Source: Verrucomicrobiota bacterium (GTDB taxonomy: Bacteria > Verrucomicrobiota > Verrucomicrobiia > Verrucomicrobiales > DEV007). From it: DNA of 64,000 nt. The DNA lies in NCBI GenBank assembly GCA_045046875.1, contig JASFYY010000078.1:14383-78382 (forward strand), in the 5' to 3' direction. The notes under the pieces were generated by a model. That model searched no databases and was not told the DNA's origin. It saw nothing but the letters and a program-made list of their open reading frames with translations. The translations under genes were made by a program, and so were the position numbers. Within the stretch, counting starts at the first letter, position 1; every line of letters begins with the position of its first letter. This document shows, in pieces, positions 1-9,318 of the stretch.

Positions 1-2
1 TG

Positions 3-557
3 GCGACGGTGATATTCAATGACCCTCCCGAACCTCCTCCTGCGGATGTGCCGCCACTAGCTGAGAAAGCTCCTGCCGAAGAAGCCAATCTGACCCTACG
101 TGAGAGGCTATCTGCGCACCGTGAGCGTGCGGATTGTGCTGGGTGTCATGAGCAGATCGATCCGCTGGGTTTTGCTCTGGAAAACTACGGCCCCACTGGA
201 AAATGGCGTGAGGTTTATGAAAACGACCGCAAAGTTGACATGAACGGAACACTTTTCAGAAAGCATGAGTTCAATGATATTGTGGAATTCAAAGATGCGG
301 TGCTGGCAGAGAAAGATCGTTTTGTCCGTGGATTTGCCGAGCACCTGCTTTCATTTGCGCTTGCCCGGGAGGTGGGGGTTGCCGACGGGCCTGCTCTCGA
401 AAAAATCGCCAAAGCAACGGCTGCGGATGATTACCGGATCAAATCCATGATAAAACATGTTGTGCAGAGCGAGTCTTTTCTGCAAAAATCAAACCCCAAG
501 GTCATGGCGTCAGCAGTGACCGGGGCAAAAGGCAAAAAATCACCAGCCAACGAATGA
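3..557 (+). CDS. C-terminal part of DUF1592/DUF1588/DUF1585 PVC-type cytochrome c-containing protein (5' truncated by window)
   Basis: PPEPPP...RERLSAHR...CAGCH..IDPLGFALENY..G.WR motif (DUF1588, heme-binding CxxCH), then DUF1585-like FAEHLLSFALAR; overlaps downstream DUF1552 gene. Confidence 0.9.
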   Translation, partial: ATVIFNDPPEPPPADVPPLAEKAPAEEANLTLRERLSAHRERADCAGCHEQIDPLGFALENYGPTGKWREVYENDRKVDMNGTLFRKHEFNDIVEFKDAVLAEKDRFVRGFAEHLLSFALAREVGVADGPALEKIAKATAADDYRIKSMIKHVVQSESFLQKSNPKVMASAVTGAKGKKSPANE

Positions 558-1900
558 TGAAAAAATTCTCAAGACGATCCTTTCTTCGTGGTGCCGGCGG
601 CGCGGCGCTTTTTTTGCCATGGATGGAGAGTCTTGGTCTGGCCGCAAGCGGGAAAGCAGTGGCTCAGCGCATGGTCTTTTTCTATGTGCCGATCGGAGTG
701 GTGAGACGCGGTTTTTTTCCAGGTGAGTCCAACGCCATCATTCCGAAATTCTCAAGTAACCAGAAAGAAATCGAGAAGGGGGTCAAACTTGGTGTGGGGC
801 TGCATCCTTTGAGCCTGACTCCGACCATGGGGCCCCTGGAAGCTTTGAAGGAGAAGGTTTCCCTGATCACAGGAATGGATCGCACTTTCCAACAAGGAAC
901 GGATGTGCACGCTCAGTGTGCTTCGTGTTATCTGAGCAGTGCCGAGCCATTCAGCGTTAAAGAATCAGCCTGGCCACTGAATCGCACGCTGGATCATCTG
1001 GTGGCGGATCAAGTGGGGGAGGCAACTCCGTTTCGGACTTTGGAGTTCAGTTGCAACAGTCACAAGGACAACAAGGAGTCGATCTACTTTGATAATATTT
1101 CATGGTATGGGACCGGTTACGTCGCGCCGTCCATTCGCGATCCACGTAAGGCCTACCGCCGACTTTTCAGCACCAAAGATATCGAAAATTATCGCAACAT
1201 CACGGATCTTGTTCTGGAGGATGCCCATTCGATGGGAAAAAATCTTGGTTATACTGACAAGCAAAAGTTCAGTGAATTTTTCGATTCCGTTCGAACCATC
1301 GAGCAGCAAATGGACAAGCTTGAGAAGATGAAAGGGGAGCTTGCCAAGGTTTCAATGGAGGAGCCGCCCGAAGCCCTGCTGCCTCGTGGTGAGTATATCC
1401 GGTTGATGGGCGATTTGATGGTTGTTGCGCTTCAAGTCGGGCTTACTAATGTCGCTACCTTCATGGTCGGTCCCGAGCGGTGGGATACTCCATATATGTT
1501 CGAGAGCTTGTTTGATAAACCAATGAGTCATCACCAGATGTCGCACAACCAAGGCAAGTTCATGGAAGAACTGCTTCGGGTGGATCGATTTCATATGGAA
1601 CAGTTTGTTTATCTTGCGGAGAAGATGGACGGCATTGAGGAAGCGAACGGAATGAGCCTACTCGACAATACACTGTTCACTTACGGATCCGGCCTGGGCG
1701 ATGGAGCGACGCATCAATACAGTGATCTTCCGATCATTGTGGCTGGTTCCGGTGGAGGAAAATTCACCAGCGGTCAGCATTTAAATCTGGCCGAGGGAAC
1801 CCCGCTGTCGAATCTCTGGCTCACCCAGGCTCAGGCGATGGGGCTGAAGGTGGACCGTTTTGCGGACAGCACCGGGACGGTGTCGCAATTGGTGGTTTGA
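554..1900 (+). CDS. DUF1552 domain protein (Tat signal)
   Basis: SRRSFLRGAG..LFLPWMESL N-terminus; SHHQMSH; LLDNTLFTYGSGLGDG..H...LP; PLSNLWL; FADSTG end. Confidence 0.9.
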   Translation: MMKKFSRRSFLRGAGGAALFLPWMESLGLAASGKAVAQRMVFFYVPIGVVRRGFFPGESNAIIPKFSSNQKEIEKGVKLGVGLHPLSLTPTMGPLEALKEKVSLITGMDRTFQQGTDVHAQCASCYLSSAEPFSVKESAWPLNRTLDHLVADQVGEATPFRTLEFSCNSHKDNKESIYFDNISWYGTGYVAPSIRDPRKAYRRLFSTKDIENYRNITDLVLEDAHSMGKNLGYTDKQKFSEFFDSVRTIEQQMDKLEKMKGELAKVSMEEPPEALLPRGEYIRLMGDLMVVALQVGLTNVATFMVGPERWDTPYMFESLFDKPMSHHQMSHNQGKFMEELLRVDRFHMEQFVYLAEKMDGIEEANGMSLLDNTLFTYGSGLGDGATHQYSDLPIIVAGSGGGKFTSGQHLNLAEGTPLSNLWLTQAQAMGLKVDRFADSTGTVSQLVV

Positions 1901-1913
1901 TTGAGATTGGGCC

Positions 1914-2894
1914 TTACTTGCGCCGCATTTGCTGAAATTCATTGTAAGCGTCCCAGGCAATTTTTTGCAACTGAGCGGCATCCTTGTCGGAAAAAATGCG
2001 TTTGATCGGCTGCCCGTCCCGGTCTTTACTTTTGTCGAAAGTCTTCGGTGGGTTTTCAAAATAGCGGATATCGGTGATGGACTTGATTGGCAGGCCCTCC
2101 GGACTTTGCTTGAACAGGGTCGCGTAAAAAGTGCAGGCTGTCAGATAGGCCATGGTGTGGTTGAGGTGGGCATCGTTGATGAAGCGCAGGGTGCGGTCGG
2201 GGCGCTCGGTTTGGCAGCGTAGGGCGACGAGAGCCATCGGAACCACGTCAGCTCCAATGCGATCAGCGAGAGCGGCGATCGCTTTTTCCTTTTTCAAAGT
2301 CACGGTGGGATCGGGAGCTGTTTTGAGCGGCTTCGCGTTCTGGGTGGTGGGCGATGTTTCGTAAAGAATGGCCCGTGCTCCCTGATTTTTGATGATCTCG
2401 ACAAATTTGGGCGCGTACTGCGCGTAAAGGGTGGGGCTTTTTCCGATATCATCCCGATAGGATTGCAGCACGACGATGTCCCATTTTTTGTGTGGTTGAT
2501 CGAGGGTGCGCAGCAGTCCGCGATGACGGTTCAAGGCGCTTTTGGCGTGGTTGTCTTTAGGGTTATCTGCGATTGTTTCTTCCAAAGAATCGATGGTGGC
2601 CTGTTCTTCTTCTGCGGTGAGAGCGGATAGGCGCAGGTAGTTCTGGCTTCCCAGGCGCCAGTGATCGGCAAGGGTTCGGCCTCCGTAAATGATCGTAGTG
2701 ACATTCATTGTCAGTCCGGGTTGCCCGGCTTCCGCCATCGCCTTGACGACCTGGGAGAGTTTGTGACGGGTGGTGTAGCTGTTGCCGATGAAGAGCACAT
2801 TGAGCGTGTCCTTTTTTGAATCGGCGCTGAAAGCTGGATTCGGGATGAATACGATCAGTGCGAGCAGGATAGGTAAAAAAGAGTAGCGGTTCAT
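1914..2894 (-). CDS. secreted SGNH/GDSL-like (DUF4886-like) protein
   Basis: signal peptide; VLFIGNSYT, WDIVVLQS, D.AHLN...YLTACTFY motifs. Confidence 0.7.
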   Translation of the reverse strand: MNRYSFLPILLALIVFIPNPAFSADSKKDTLNVLFIGNSYTTRHKLSQVVKAMAEAGQPGLTMNVTTIIYGGRTLADHWRLGSQNYLRLSALTAEEEQATIDSLEETIADNPKDNHAKSALNRHRGLLRTLDQPHKKWDIVVLQSYRDDIGKSPTLYAQYAPKFVEIIKNQGARAILYETSPTTQNAKPLKTAPDPTVTLKKEKAIAALADRIGADVVPMALVALRCQTERPDRTLRFINDAHLNHTMAYLTACTFYATLFKQSPEGLPIKSITDIRYFENPPKTFDKSKDRDGQPIKRIFSDKDAAQLQKIAWDAYNEFQQMRRK

Positions 2895-2957
2895 GGGGTG
2901 ACGGGTGTTTTTTTGATATACGGAGGAATCGGCACAAGGTGGAGATAAATGCAGTCA

Positions 2958-2995
2958 ATTGCAATCAGCTGATATGCGGTTCAACTGATTGCAAT
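2958..2995. promoter_or_regulatory. 11-bp inverted repeat, candidate operator in divergent intergenic region
   Basis: ATTGCAATCAG (2958-2968)-N16-CTGATTGCAAT (2985-2995). Confidence 0.35.
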
Positions 2996-3118
2996 AGAGC
3001 GGTGTCATTGGGAATGGGAAGAGATATTCATGGCGCAATCAGGGGATCTATCGTTAATGGAAATGTGAGCGTAAACGCATTAGCTTTACAAGGCAGAGAG
3101 GGGCAGGGAATATTTGAT

Positions 3119-5527
3119 ATGAAGGAACAAGGACAAGCAATCAAGCGGGCGGGCATGGGGCTAGTCATTTATTTTGCCGTGCTGTTGGTATCTGAATCTG
3201 CCGCCCAGGAGGTGCAGCCCAAGGCATTGACGAATTTTTTGTCCGAGCACTGTTTTGATTGTCATGATGATATATTGCAAAAGGGCAAACTGAATTTGCT
3301 CGATCTCGCTTTTGAGCCAGGAAAGTCTGCGAACTTCAAAATGTGGCAACGCATTCACGACCGGGTTCAATCGGGTGAAATGCCGCCAAAGAAAAAGGAT
3401 CGTCCCGCTAAAGAACTTCAGCGTGCCTTTTTGAAAAATTTGAAGGAGCCTCTGATGGTCGCGGATCGCCGTGATAAAAAGGAAAGAGGCCGGGTGCAGC
3501 TGCGCCGTCTTACCCGCCGGGAATATGAAAACACCGTTCGCGATTTATTGGGAGTGGGCCTGCCGTTGCAGGATTTATTGCCGGAGGATACACTGTCGCA
3601 TGGTTTTGAAACCGTGGCGGAAGGCCAGCAACTGTCCCACTACAATTTGGCCAGTTATCTGCAAGCGGCGGATCTGGCACTTAATCAGGCTTTTGACCGG
3701 GTCAGCAAAGGGGATCAAAAATTCATCGTAAATTTGACCCCCAAACAATTGTCCAAACATTCGGGAGGCAACTATCGTGGGCCTGAGGCGCGCGGAGATC
3801 TGAGTATTTCCTGGCCGATCAGGCTTCAATTTTATGGCAGGTTGCCAGCTACCCGGGTCAAAAAAGACGGTTGGTACCGGATCACCCTGAAACAGGTTCA
3901 TGCCATCAACGCCAAATACCCTTCGACCTGGGGAACGCTCCGTTCGGGGGCTTGCAATTCCAGTGCACCGATCTTACATCCGATCGCCAGCATTGAAGCG
4001 ACTGCAAAAAAGCGCGACATGACTTTTGATGCTTGGATTCGTGCTGATGATATGCTCGAGCTGAAACCGAACGATTCCGGCTTGAAGGCCGCACCGTCAG
4101 GAGCCAAGGGCGGGAACGTTTCTTATCAAGGTCGCGACATGGTGAAACTGGGTTTCCAGGGCATTGCGATTTCAGGTATCAAAATTGAGCGTATCTATCC
4201 ACAGTCGAAACGTTGGGAAATGCGGCAGCACCTTTTTGCCGGGATCTCAAAGAAGGAACTTGTCAAGTTGGATCAAAACAAGGGGAGGGAGGTGATATTA
4301 AAAAAAGTGATTGGCCGGTTTGCCAGTCGTGCTTTCAGGCGTCCGCTGAGTGATGAACAAGTAAAACCCTACCTGGATCTGGCACTTTCTTATTTGGCAG
4401 AACCTGGTCATCAGGGCTTGGAGGCTTTGCGAGTCGCTTACAGGGGGATACTTTGTTCACCTAGATTTTTGACCCTGGTGGAGAAGCCCGGGCATTTGGA
4501 TGATCACGCGTTGGCCTCACGGCTCAGTTATGCGCTGTGGGTGTCGATGCCGGATGCGACTTTGCGCAAATTGGCCGATGCGGGAAAATTACACCAGCCC
4601 AAGGTGTGGCATGCGCAGATCGATCGGATGTTGGATGACCCCAAAGCGCAGCGTTTCATCAATAGCTTTACCGATCAATGGCTTAACTTGAAAGAAATCG
4701 ATTTCACCTCCCCCGATCGCCGGCTTTACCGCACCTTTGATAGTGTGGTGCAGGATTCCATGTTACGGGAAACCCGGGCTTTTTTCCAAGAGTTGGTTTT
4801 AAAAAATTACCCGATCAAAAATCTAATTCAATCTGATTTTGTTATGTTGAATGAGCGTTTGGCGCGGTTTTACCGGTTGAAAGAAGACCTGCCTTTGGTG
4901 GCAGGTGGAGGCTTGCAAAAAATAAGCCTGAGCAATCCTGCCAAGGGCGTGCGCAGTGGTCTGGTGACACAGGGTGCCGTATTGAAGGTCAGTGCCAACG
5001 GCACGACCACCTCGCCGGTGATCCGGGGTTTGTGGGTGGGTGAGCGCATACTGGGTCTGAAAGTTCCGCCTCCGCCAGCCGATACTCCGGCGATCGAGCC
5101 GGATATCCGTGGGGCGGTTAGTATTCGCGATCAGCTTGAAAAACATCGCAGCAATGAATCCTGCGCGACCTGTCACCGCAGTATAGATCCGGCTGGATTC
5201 GCTCTGGAGAATTTCGATCCGGTCGGACTGTGGCGGAAACAATACGGCAAGCAAAAAAATGCGGCCAAGGTGGATTCTTCCGGAGTGACGCCCGAGGGCA
5301 AAACCTTTGCGGATATCAATGGCTGGAAAAGGATCTATTTGAAAAAAGAAAAGCTGCTTACGGAGAATTTCACCCGCCAGTTTTTAACCTACGCAACGGG
5401 TGCGGCACCACGTTTCAGTGACCGTGATGAGTTGGCGACGGTGGTCAAACAATCTGCAGACAAAAACTACCGGATGCGGGATATGATTCACGCGATTCTC
5501 GGCAGTGAGTTGTTTCAAAGCAAATAA
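3119..5527 (+). CDS. DUF1592-family PVC-type cytochrome c protein (PSCyt, DUF1587, DUF1595, DUF1592, DUF1588, DUF1585)
   Basis: CFDCH...EMPP; LRRLTRREYENTVRDLLG; FASRAFRRP; LASRLSYALW.SMPD; TSPVIRG; CATCH..IDP.GFALENFD. ATG 3119 chosen because a signal peptide follows; ORF is open from 2939. Confidence 0.9.
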   Translation: MKEQGQAIKRAGMGLVIYFAVLLVSESAAQEVQPKALTNFLSEHCFDCHDDILQKGKLNLLDLAFEPGKSANFKMWQRIHDRVQSGEMPPKKKDRPAKELQRAFLKNLKEPLMVADRRDKKERGRVQLRRLTRREYENTVRDLLGVGLPLQDLLPEDTLSHGFETVAEGQQLSHYNLASYLQAADLALNQAFDRVSKGDQKFIVNLTPKQLSKHSGGNYRGPEARGDLSISWPIRLQFYGRLPATRVKKDGWYRITLKQVHAINAKYPSTWGTLRSGACNSSAPILHPIASIEATAKKRDMTFDAWIRADDMLELKPNDSGLKAAPSGAKGGNVSYQGRDMVKLGFQGIAISGIKIERIYPQSKRWEMRQHLFAGISKKELVKLDQNKGREVILKKVIGRFASRAFRRPLSDEQVKPYLDLALSYLAEPGHQGLEALRVAYRGILCSPRFLTLVEKPGHLDDHALASRLSYALWVSMPDATLRKLADAGKLHQPKVWHAQIDRMLDDPKAQRFINSFTDQWLNLKEIDFTSPDRRLYRTFDSVVQDSMLRETRAFFQELVLKNYPIKNLIQSDFVMLNERLARFYRLKEDLPLVAGGGLQKISLSNPAKGVRSGLVTQGAVLKVSANGTTTSPVIRGLWVGERILGLKVPPPPADTPAIEPDIRGAVSIRDQLEKHRSNESCATCHRSIDPAGFALENFDPVGLWRKQYGKQKNAAKVDSSGVTPEGKTFADINGWKRIYLKKEKLLTENFTRQFLTYATGAAPRFSDRDELATVVKQSADKNYRMRDMIHAILGSELFQSK

Positions 5528-5546
5528 ACACCAGGGCATTCACCTT

Positions 5547-6824
5547 ATGAAAAATGTAAACTTCAATTTCGGCAAAAAACTCTCGCGGCGAAAGGTTCTG
5601 AAAGCTGCGGGTATTTCTTTGGGTTTGCCGATGCTCGATGCGATGATGCCGGCTTTTGCTGCCAAATCATCAGAGCCTAAAACCAAGCGTTTTGTCGGGC
5701 TTAGTTTGTCGCTGGGTTTGCATGGGCCTAATCTGGTTCCTGAGCAGGTGGGAGAAGATTACCAGGCTTCAAGATACCTGAAATCCTTGCAGGATGTTCG
5801 CAATGATTTCACGATTGTATCCGGAACCTCGCATCCCGGGGTCACCGGGGGGCACACGGCGGAGGGTAGTATTTTTTCAGCTTGCCCGAATCAACGTGGT
5901 GCGACATCGCGCAATACTATTTCTCTTGATCAGTTGATGGCCAAAAACTTTGGCCATGAGACGCGCTTTCCTTCGTTGGTATTGAATGCCGGAGGCAGTA
6001 CCAGCCCATCTTATACCGAAAACGGGGCAATGATCCCGGCGGAAAAAAGTGCGATGAAGGTCTTCACCAAACTGTTTGTCGATGACTCTCCCAAAGAACA
6101 GCGGCGGCAGGCGGAATTGATTCGTCAGGGACACAGTGTGATGGATGTGGTGGGAGCCGAGGCCAAAAAACTGCAAGGCGAACTGGGCAAGGCGGACGGT
6201 GAAAAGCTCGATGCTTGGTACACCAGTGTGAGAGAACTCGAAAAGCGACTTGAAGCTAACGAAGCGTGGGTCAGCCGTCCCAAACCCAAAGTTGATAAAC
6301 GCCTGTCCAAAATTGACCGCAATAATATCATCACGGTTGAAAAGGCGATGTTCGAAGTGATTTTTCTCGCTTTGCAAACGGACTCAACACGTTTTGTCAC
6401 GCTGCATATTCCGGGCAATGCACGGGCGACCAGTCTTGAGGGGGTCGAAGAGGGGTATCACAGTCTTAGCCATCATGGCCTGGACGAAGAAAAACTCGAG
6501 CAACTGGCCATTGTGGAGCAGGCGGTGATTGACGAATGGGGTGATTTTTTGCGTAAACTTAAAGCGGCAGAACTGGCGGAAAATACTTTGCTGGACGAAA
6601 CGATGACCTTGTTAACTTCTAATTTAGGCAACGCATCCAGTCACAATAACAAAAACATGCCGGTGTTGTTTGGGGGAGGTGGGTTCAAACATGGACGGCA
6701 TCTGGCCTTTGATCAGAAAAAAAACTACGCTCTGCCCAACCTCTATTTGAGCGCGCTGCATCAGTTGGGACTGCAGGAAGAGAACTTTGCTACCAGCACG
6801 GGCGAGATGGAGGGGTTGCTGTGA
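5547..6824 (+). CDS. DUF1552 domain protein
   Basis: LSRRKVLKAAGISLGLPMLDAM; ISLDQLMA; TDSTR; YHSLSHH; SNLGNASSH; FATSTG. Confidence 0.9.
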   Translation: MKNVNFNFGKKLSRRKVLKAAGISLGLPMLDAMMPAFAAKSSEPKTKRFVGLSLSLGLHGPNLVPEQVGEDYQASRYLKSLQDVRNDFTIVSGTSHPGVTGGHTAEGSIFSACPNQRGATSRNTISLDQLMAKNFGHETRFPSLVLNAGGSTSPSYTENGAMIPAEKSAMKVFTKLFVDDSPKEQRRQAELIRQGHSVMDVVGAEAKKLQGELGKADGEKLDAWYTSVRELEKRLEANEAWVSRPKPKVDKRLSKIDRNNIITVEKAMFEVIFLALQTDSTRFVTLHIPGNARATSLEGVEEGYHSLSHHGLDEEKLEQLAIVEQAVIDEWGDFLRKLKAAELAENTLLDETMTLLTSNLGNASSHNNKNMPVLFGGGGFKHGRHLAFDQKKNYALPNLYLSALHQLGLQEENFATSTGEMEGLL

Positions 6825-6850
6825 CGGCGTAGGTGTGGGAATAGAAGAGG

Positions 6851-7097
6851 GTAGACCGCGGATGGACACGGATAAGAGGGGATGATTTCAGGCAAAGGAA
6901 TGGGTGATTCGTTTATCTATCGAAACGTTCATCACCACGCAATGCCATTGCGTTCCACAGTGTGGAGCGGATTGGCAATCCGCTCTATTGGGTGATTGTT
7001 CATTTGCCTTTGGGTATTTTCCTCCCTCTTATCCGTGTTTATCGGTGTGATCCGTGGTTAAAATTCTTTCCGAAAAAACGCGGATGTCGCGGTTAGA
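6851..7097. repeat. composite intergenic palindromic element: CACGGAT-type inverted repeat enclosing a REP-like doublet
   Basis: CACGGATAAGAGGG (6867-6880) and CCCTCTTATCCGTG (7024-7037) form a perfect IR; internal ACGCAATGCCATTGCGTTCCAC and GTGGAGCGGATTGGCAATCCGCTCTA hairpins (about 6930-6988) recur at 10521-10600. Confidence 0.75.
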
Positions 7098-7115
7098 GGG
7101 GGCTTGACCAGGCGG

Positions 7116-8156
7116 TTATTTTTTCTTTAGTCCAGCCGCTGCGTGAGCGGGGATCGGGCTTTCGAAACCTTCGTAGGCTGAGGGTTTGATGCCTTTGGCG
7201 TAGCTCTTGCCGCTGAATGTATTCGGTTGGTAGGGGCCGACAAAAGCAATGTTGGAATCGGCTTTGATCTGATCTTCGAGGCTCAGTGACCAATAAACAG
7301 CATTCAGGATCATGCGTCGGTAACCGTCGTTGAGAATATCTTCCGAAGCTCCGTAGAGGGAAGTGAAGGCGCGGCCTTTGGCTCCGTTTTCTCCTTTGTA
7401 TTCGCGGGTCCATTCACTGGCCATCGGAGGTTTGCTTTCATCGGGTTTGCCGTCGATTTGCATGGACATCAGGGGCTGGGCCATGGTGAGGATGTTCCAG
7501 TCGTCGGCAGGTTCGGCATTGTAACCTCCGGCTTGAACATGAATGTTTTTGACCCCACGTAAAATAGGATGTTTGGCATTTTTCGGGATGATGGTGATAC
7601 GGGTGCTTTGCTGGTGATTTTTCCCGTAGTGTCCGACCCAGCTTTGACCGAGAACCTGATGGCCAAAACCTGCTTTGTAATCATCTCCGTCATAGCGGAA
7701 GTGGTATTTGTAATAAGGATCGTTTTTGTCCTTGTAGTTGAAAGCGTGGGTTGAAGTGCGCAAGCCGACCACCGGACCGCCGCGTTTGATATAAGCATCG
7801 AAGTGTTTCATCTGCTCGGGTGGCAGGGCGAGGAAACGGGCAAAAAGCACCAGGCCATCTGCGTTATCGAGGGCTTCGATGCCGGGAATGTTGGATTTGC
7901 CAGCTTCGATTTCACCTTTGTCGTCGATACCGAATAATACCGTGCAGTCGAAACCATGATGTTTGGCGAGGATTCGTGCCAGCGCGGGAATGGTTTCTTC
8001 GGAACGGTATTCGTGGTCGTCGCCGATGAGAACCAGCTTGATTCCCTTGGCCGGTTCCGAGGCAGCATAGTGTAAGGGTTTGGCGTTAAGAGCGTTTGCC
8101 GAACAGAGCAGGGTGGCAAAGAGGGCGAAAATTTTGATGGTGCGTGAGAGTTTCAT
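7116..8156 (-). CDS. ThuA-like (trehalose utilization / class I GATase-like) secreted protein
   Basis: signal peptide; GDDHEYRSEE..PALARILA..HGF; GLRTSTHAF; WVGHYG; RRMILNAVYW. Confidence 0.75.
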   Translation of the reverse strand: MKLSRTIKIFALFATLLCSANALNAKPLHYAASEPAKGIKLVLIGDDHEYRSEETIPALARILAKHHGFDCTVLFGIDDKGEIEAGKSNIPGIEALDNADGLVLFARFLALPPEQMKHFDAYIKRGGPVVGLRTSTHAFNYKDKNDPYYKYHFRYDGDDYKAGFGHQVLGQSWVGHYGKNHQQSTRITIIPKNAKHPILRGVKNIHVQAGGYNAEPADDWNILTMAQPLMSMQIDGKPDESKPPMASEWTREYKGENGAKGRAFTSLYGASEDILNDGYRRMILNAVYWSLSLEDQIKADSNIAFVGPYQPNTFSGKSYAKGIKPSAYEGFESPIPAHAAAGLKKK

Positions 8157-8344
8157 GTTATGGAAATTTGTCAGGTTCTATTCTAGCGTAACACGGTGAA
8201 GTTACGATTGCCATATCTATCCCCAAGGTACGTGATCACGGCTGATTTTGATGTAACAGGTTTTGGGAAGGATAAACCTGTTTGTGGTTGATACCCTCTT
8301 ATGAAAATTGAACGCTGGGGGGATTTGCCCTACTTATAAGGACA

Positions 8345-9283
8345 ATGAAGAAAATAATTTTAATCATCGCCTTGAATTTGTCAGCATGGGTTTCAGGTTT
8401 CGCAGCAGAGGGTTTTTCTATTTCGGCTGTAAAAGGAGAGAATGTGACCGTTGAGTATAATGGTAAGCCGGTGGTAAAATTAATGACCGCAAATGACAAG
8501 TCGTCGGAACAAAAGGCTCACGAAACGTATAAGGTCTATCTCCACGTGATGGATCCCACCGATGCGAAGGGGGAAAAGACTATAACTAAAGGAGTGGGCG
8601 ATCCTTATACCCATCATCGCGGCATTTACATTGGCTGGTCAAAAACGAAAATTGACGGCAAGAGCTATGACACCTGGCATATGAAAAACGGGGTGCGTCA
8701 GGAGTTCGCCAAGATCATCAGTCAGAAAGCGACGGCTGGATCGGCAACTTTCACTGCGGCGATTAATTGGATAGTAGGAGAGGAACTCTTACTTTCCGAG
8801 CAGCGAACGTTTGAGGTGCGTAAGTTGGATGAAGATGGTGCGTTTATTCTGGATACGACCTCTCAAATCACTGCGGTGAAAGCGGATGCGGAGCTCAACG
8901 GTGATCCGGAACATGCGGGTTGTCAGTTCAGGGCTTCTGCCGAGGTGGCAAAAAACAAATCAGCGAAGTATCTATTTCCGACTGGAAAAATGAGTGCCAA
9001 GGAAGTCACGGAATCCCGGGATATGCCGTGGGCGGCGATGACATTTGAGACCGGCGGCAAGAGTTATCACGTCCAGCACATGAGCCATCCCTCATTGCCA
9101 AAACCGCTTCGCTACAGCGCCTATCGTGATTATGGGCGTTTTGGCTCGTTTTTTGTGACGACGATCAAGAAGGGCGAAAGCGAGACGTTCAAAGTTCGAT
9201 TTTTCATCAGTCCAGGTGCGTTTCCGGATTCGATGTTGGAGGATTCGAAGCGCCGTTCTGAGTTTTATGACAAAATGAAATAG
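8345..9283 (+). CDS. DUF6807 family secreted protein (often labelled PmoA-like)
   Basis: signal peptide; KVYLHV..P; YTHHRGIYIGW; DPEHAG.QFRA; R.YGRFG. Confidence 0.65.
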   Translation: MKKIILIIALNLSAWVSGFAAEGFSISAVKGENVTVEYNGKPVVKLMTANDKSSEQKAHETYKVYLHVMDPTDAKGEKTITKGVGDPYTHHRGIYIGWSKTKIDGKSYDTWHMKNGVRQEFAKIISQKATAGSATFTAAINWIVGEELLLSEQRTFEVRKLDEDGAFILDTTSQITAVKADAELNGDPEHAGCQFRASAEVAKNKSAKYLFPTGKMSAKEVTESRDMPWAAMTFETGGKSYHVQHMSHPSLPKPLRYSAYRDYGRFGSFFVTTIKKGESETFKVRFFISPGAFPDSMLEDSKRRSEFYDKMK

Positions 9284-9318
9284 AGGCGCTCGGTTCTGCC
9301 ATCCGGAACCATATTGCC

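Noticed and set aside
3062..3081. AATGTGAGCGTAAACGCATT, LacI-operator-like
   Set aside because: Symmetry is only partial, it occurs once and no LacI regulator is nearby.
8345..9283. PmoA-like label suggesting methane oxidation
   Set aside because: Soluble secreted DUF6807-type protein with no pmoCAB context and no multi-TM topology.
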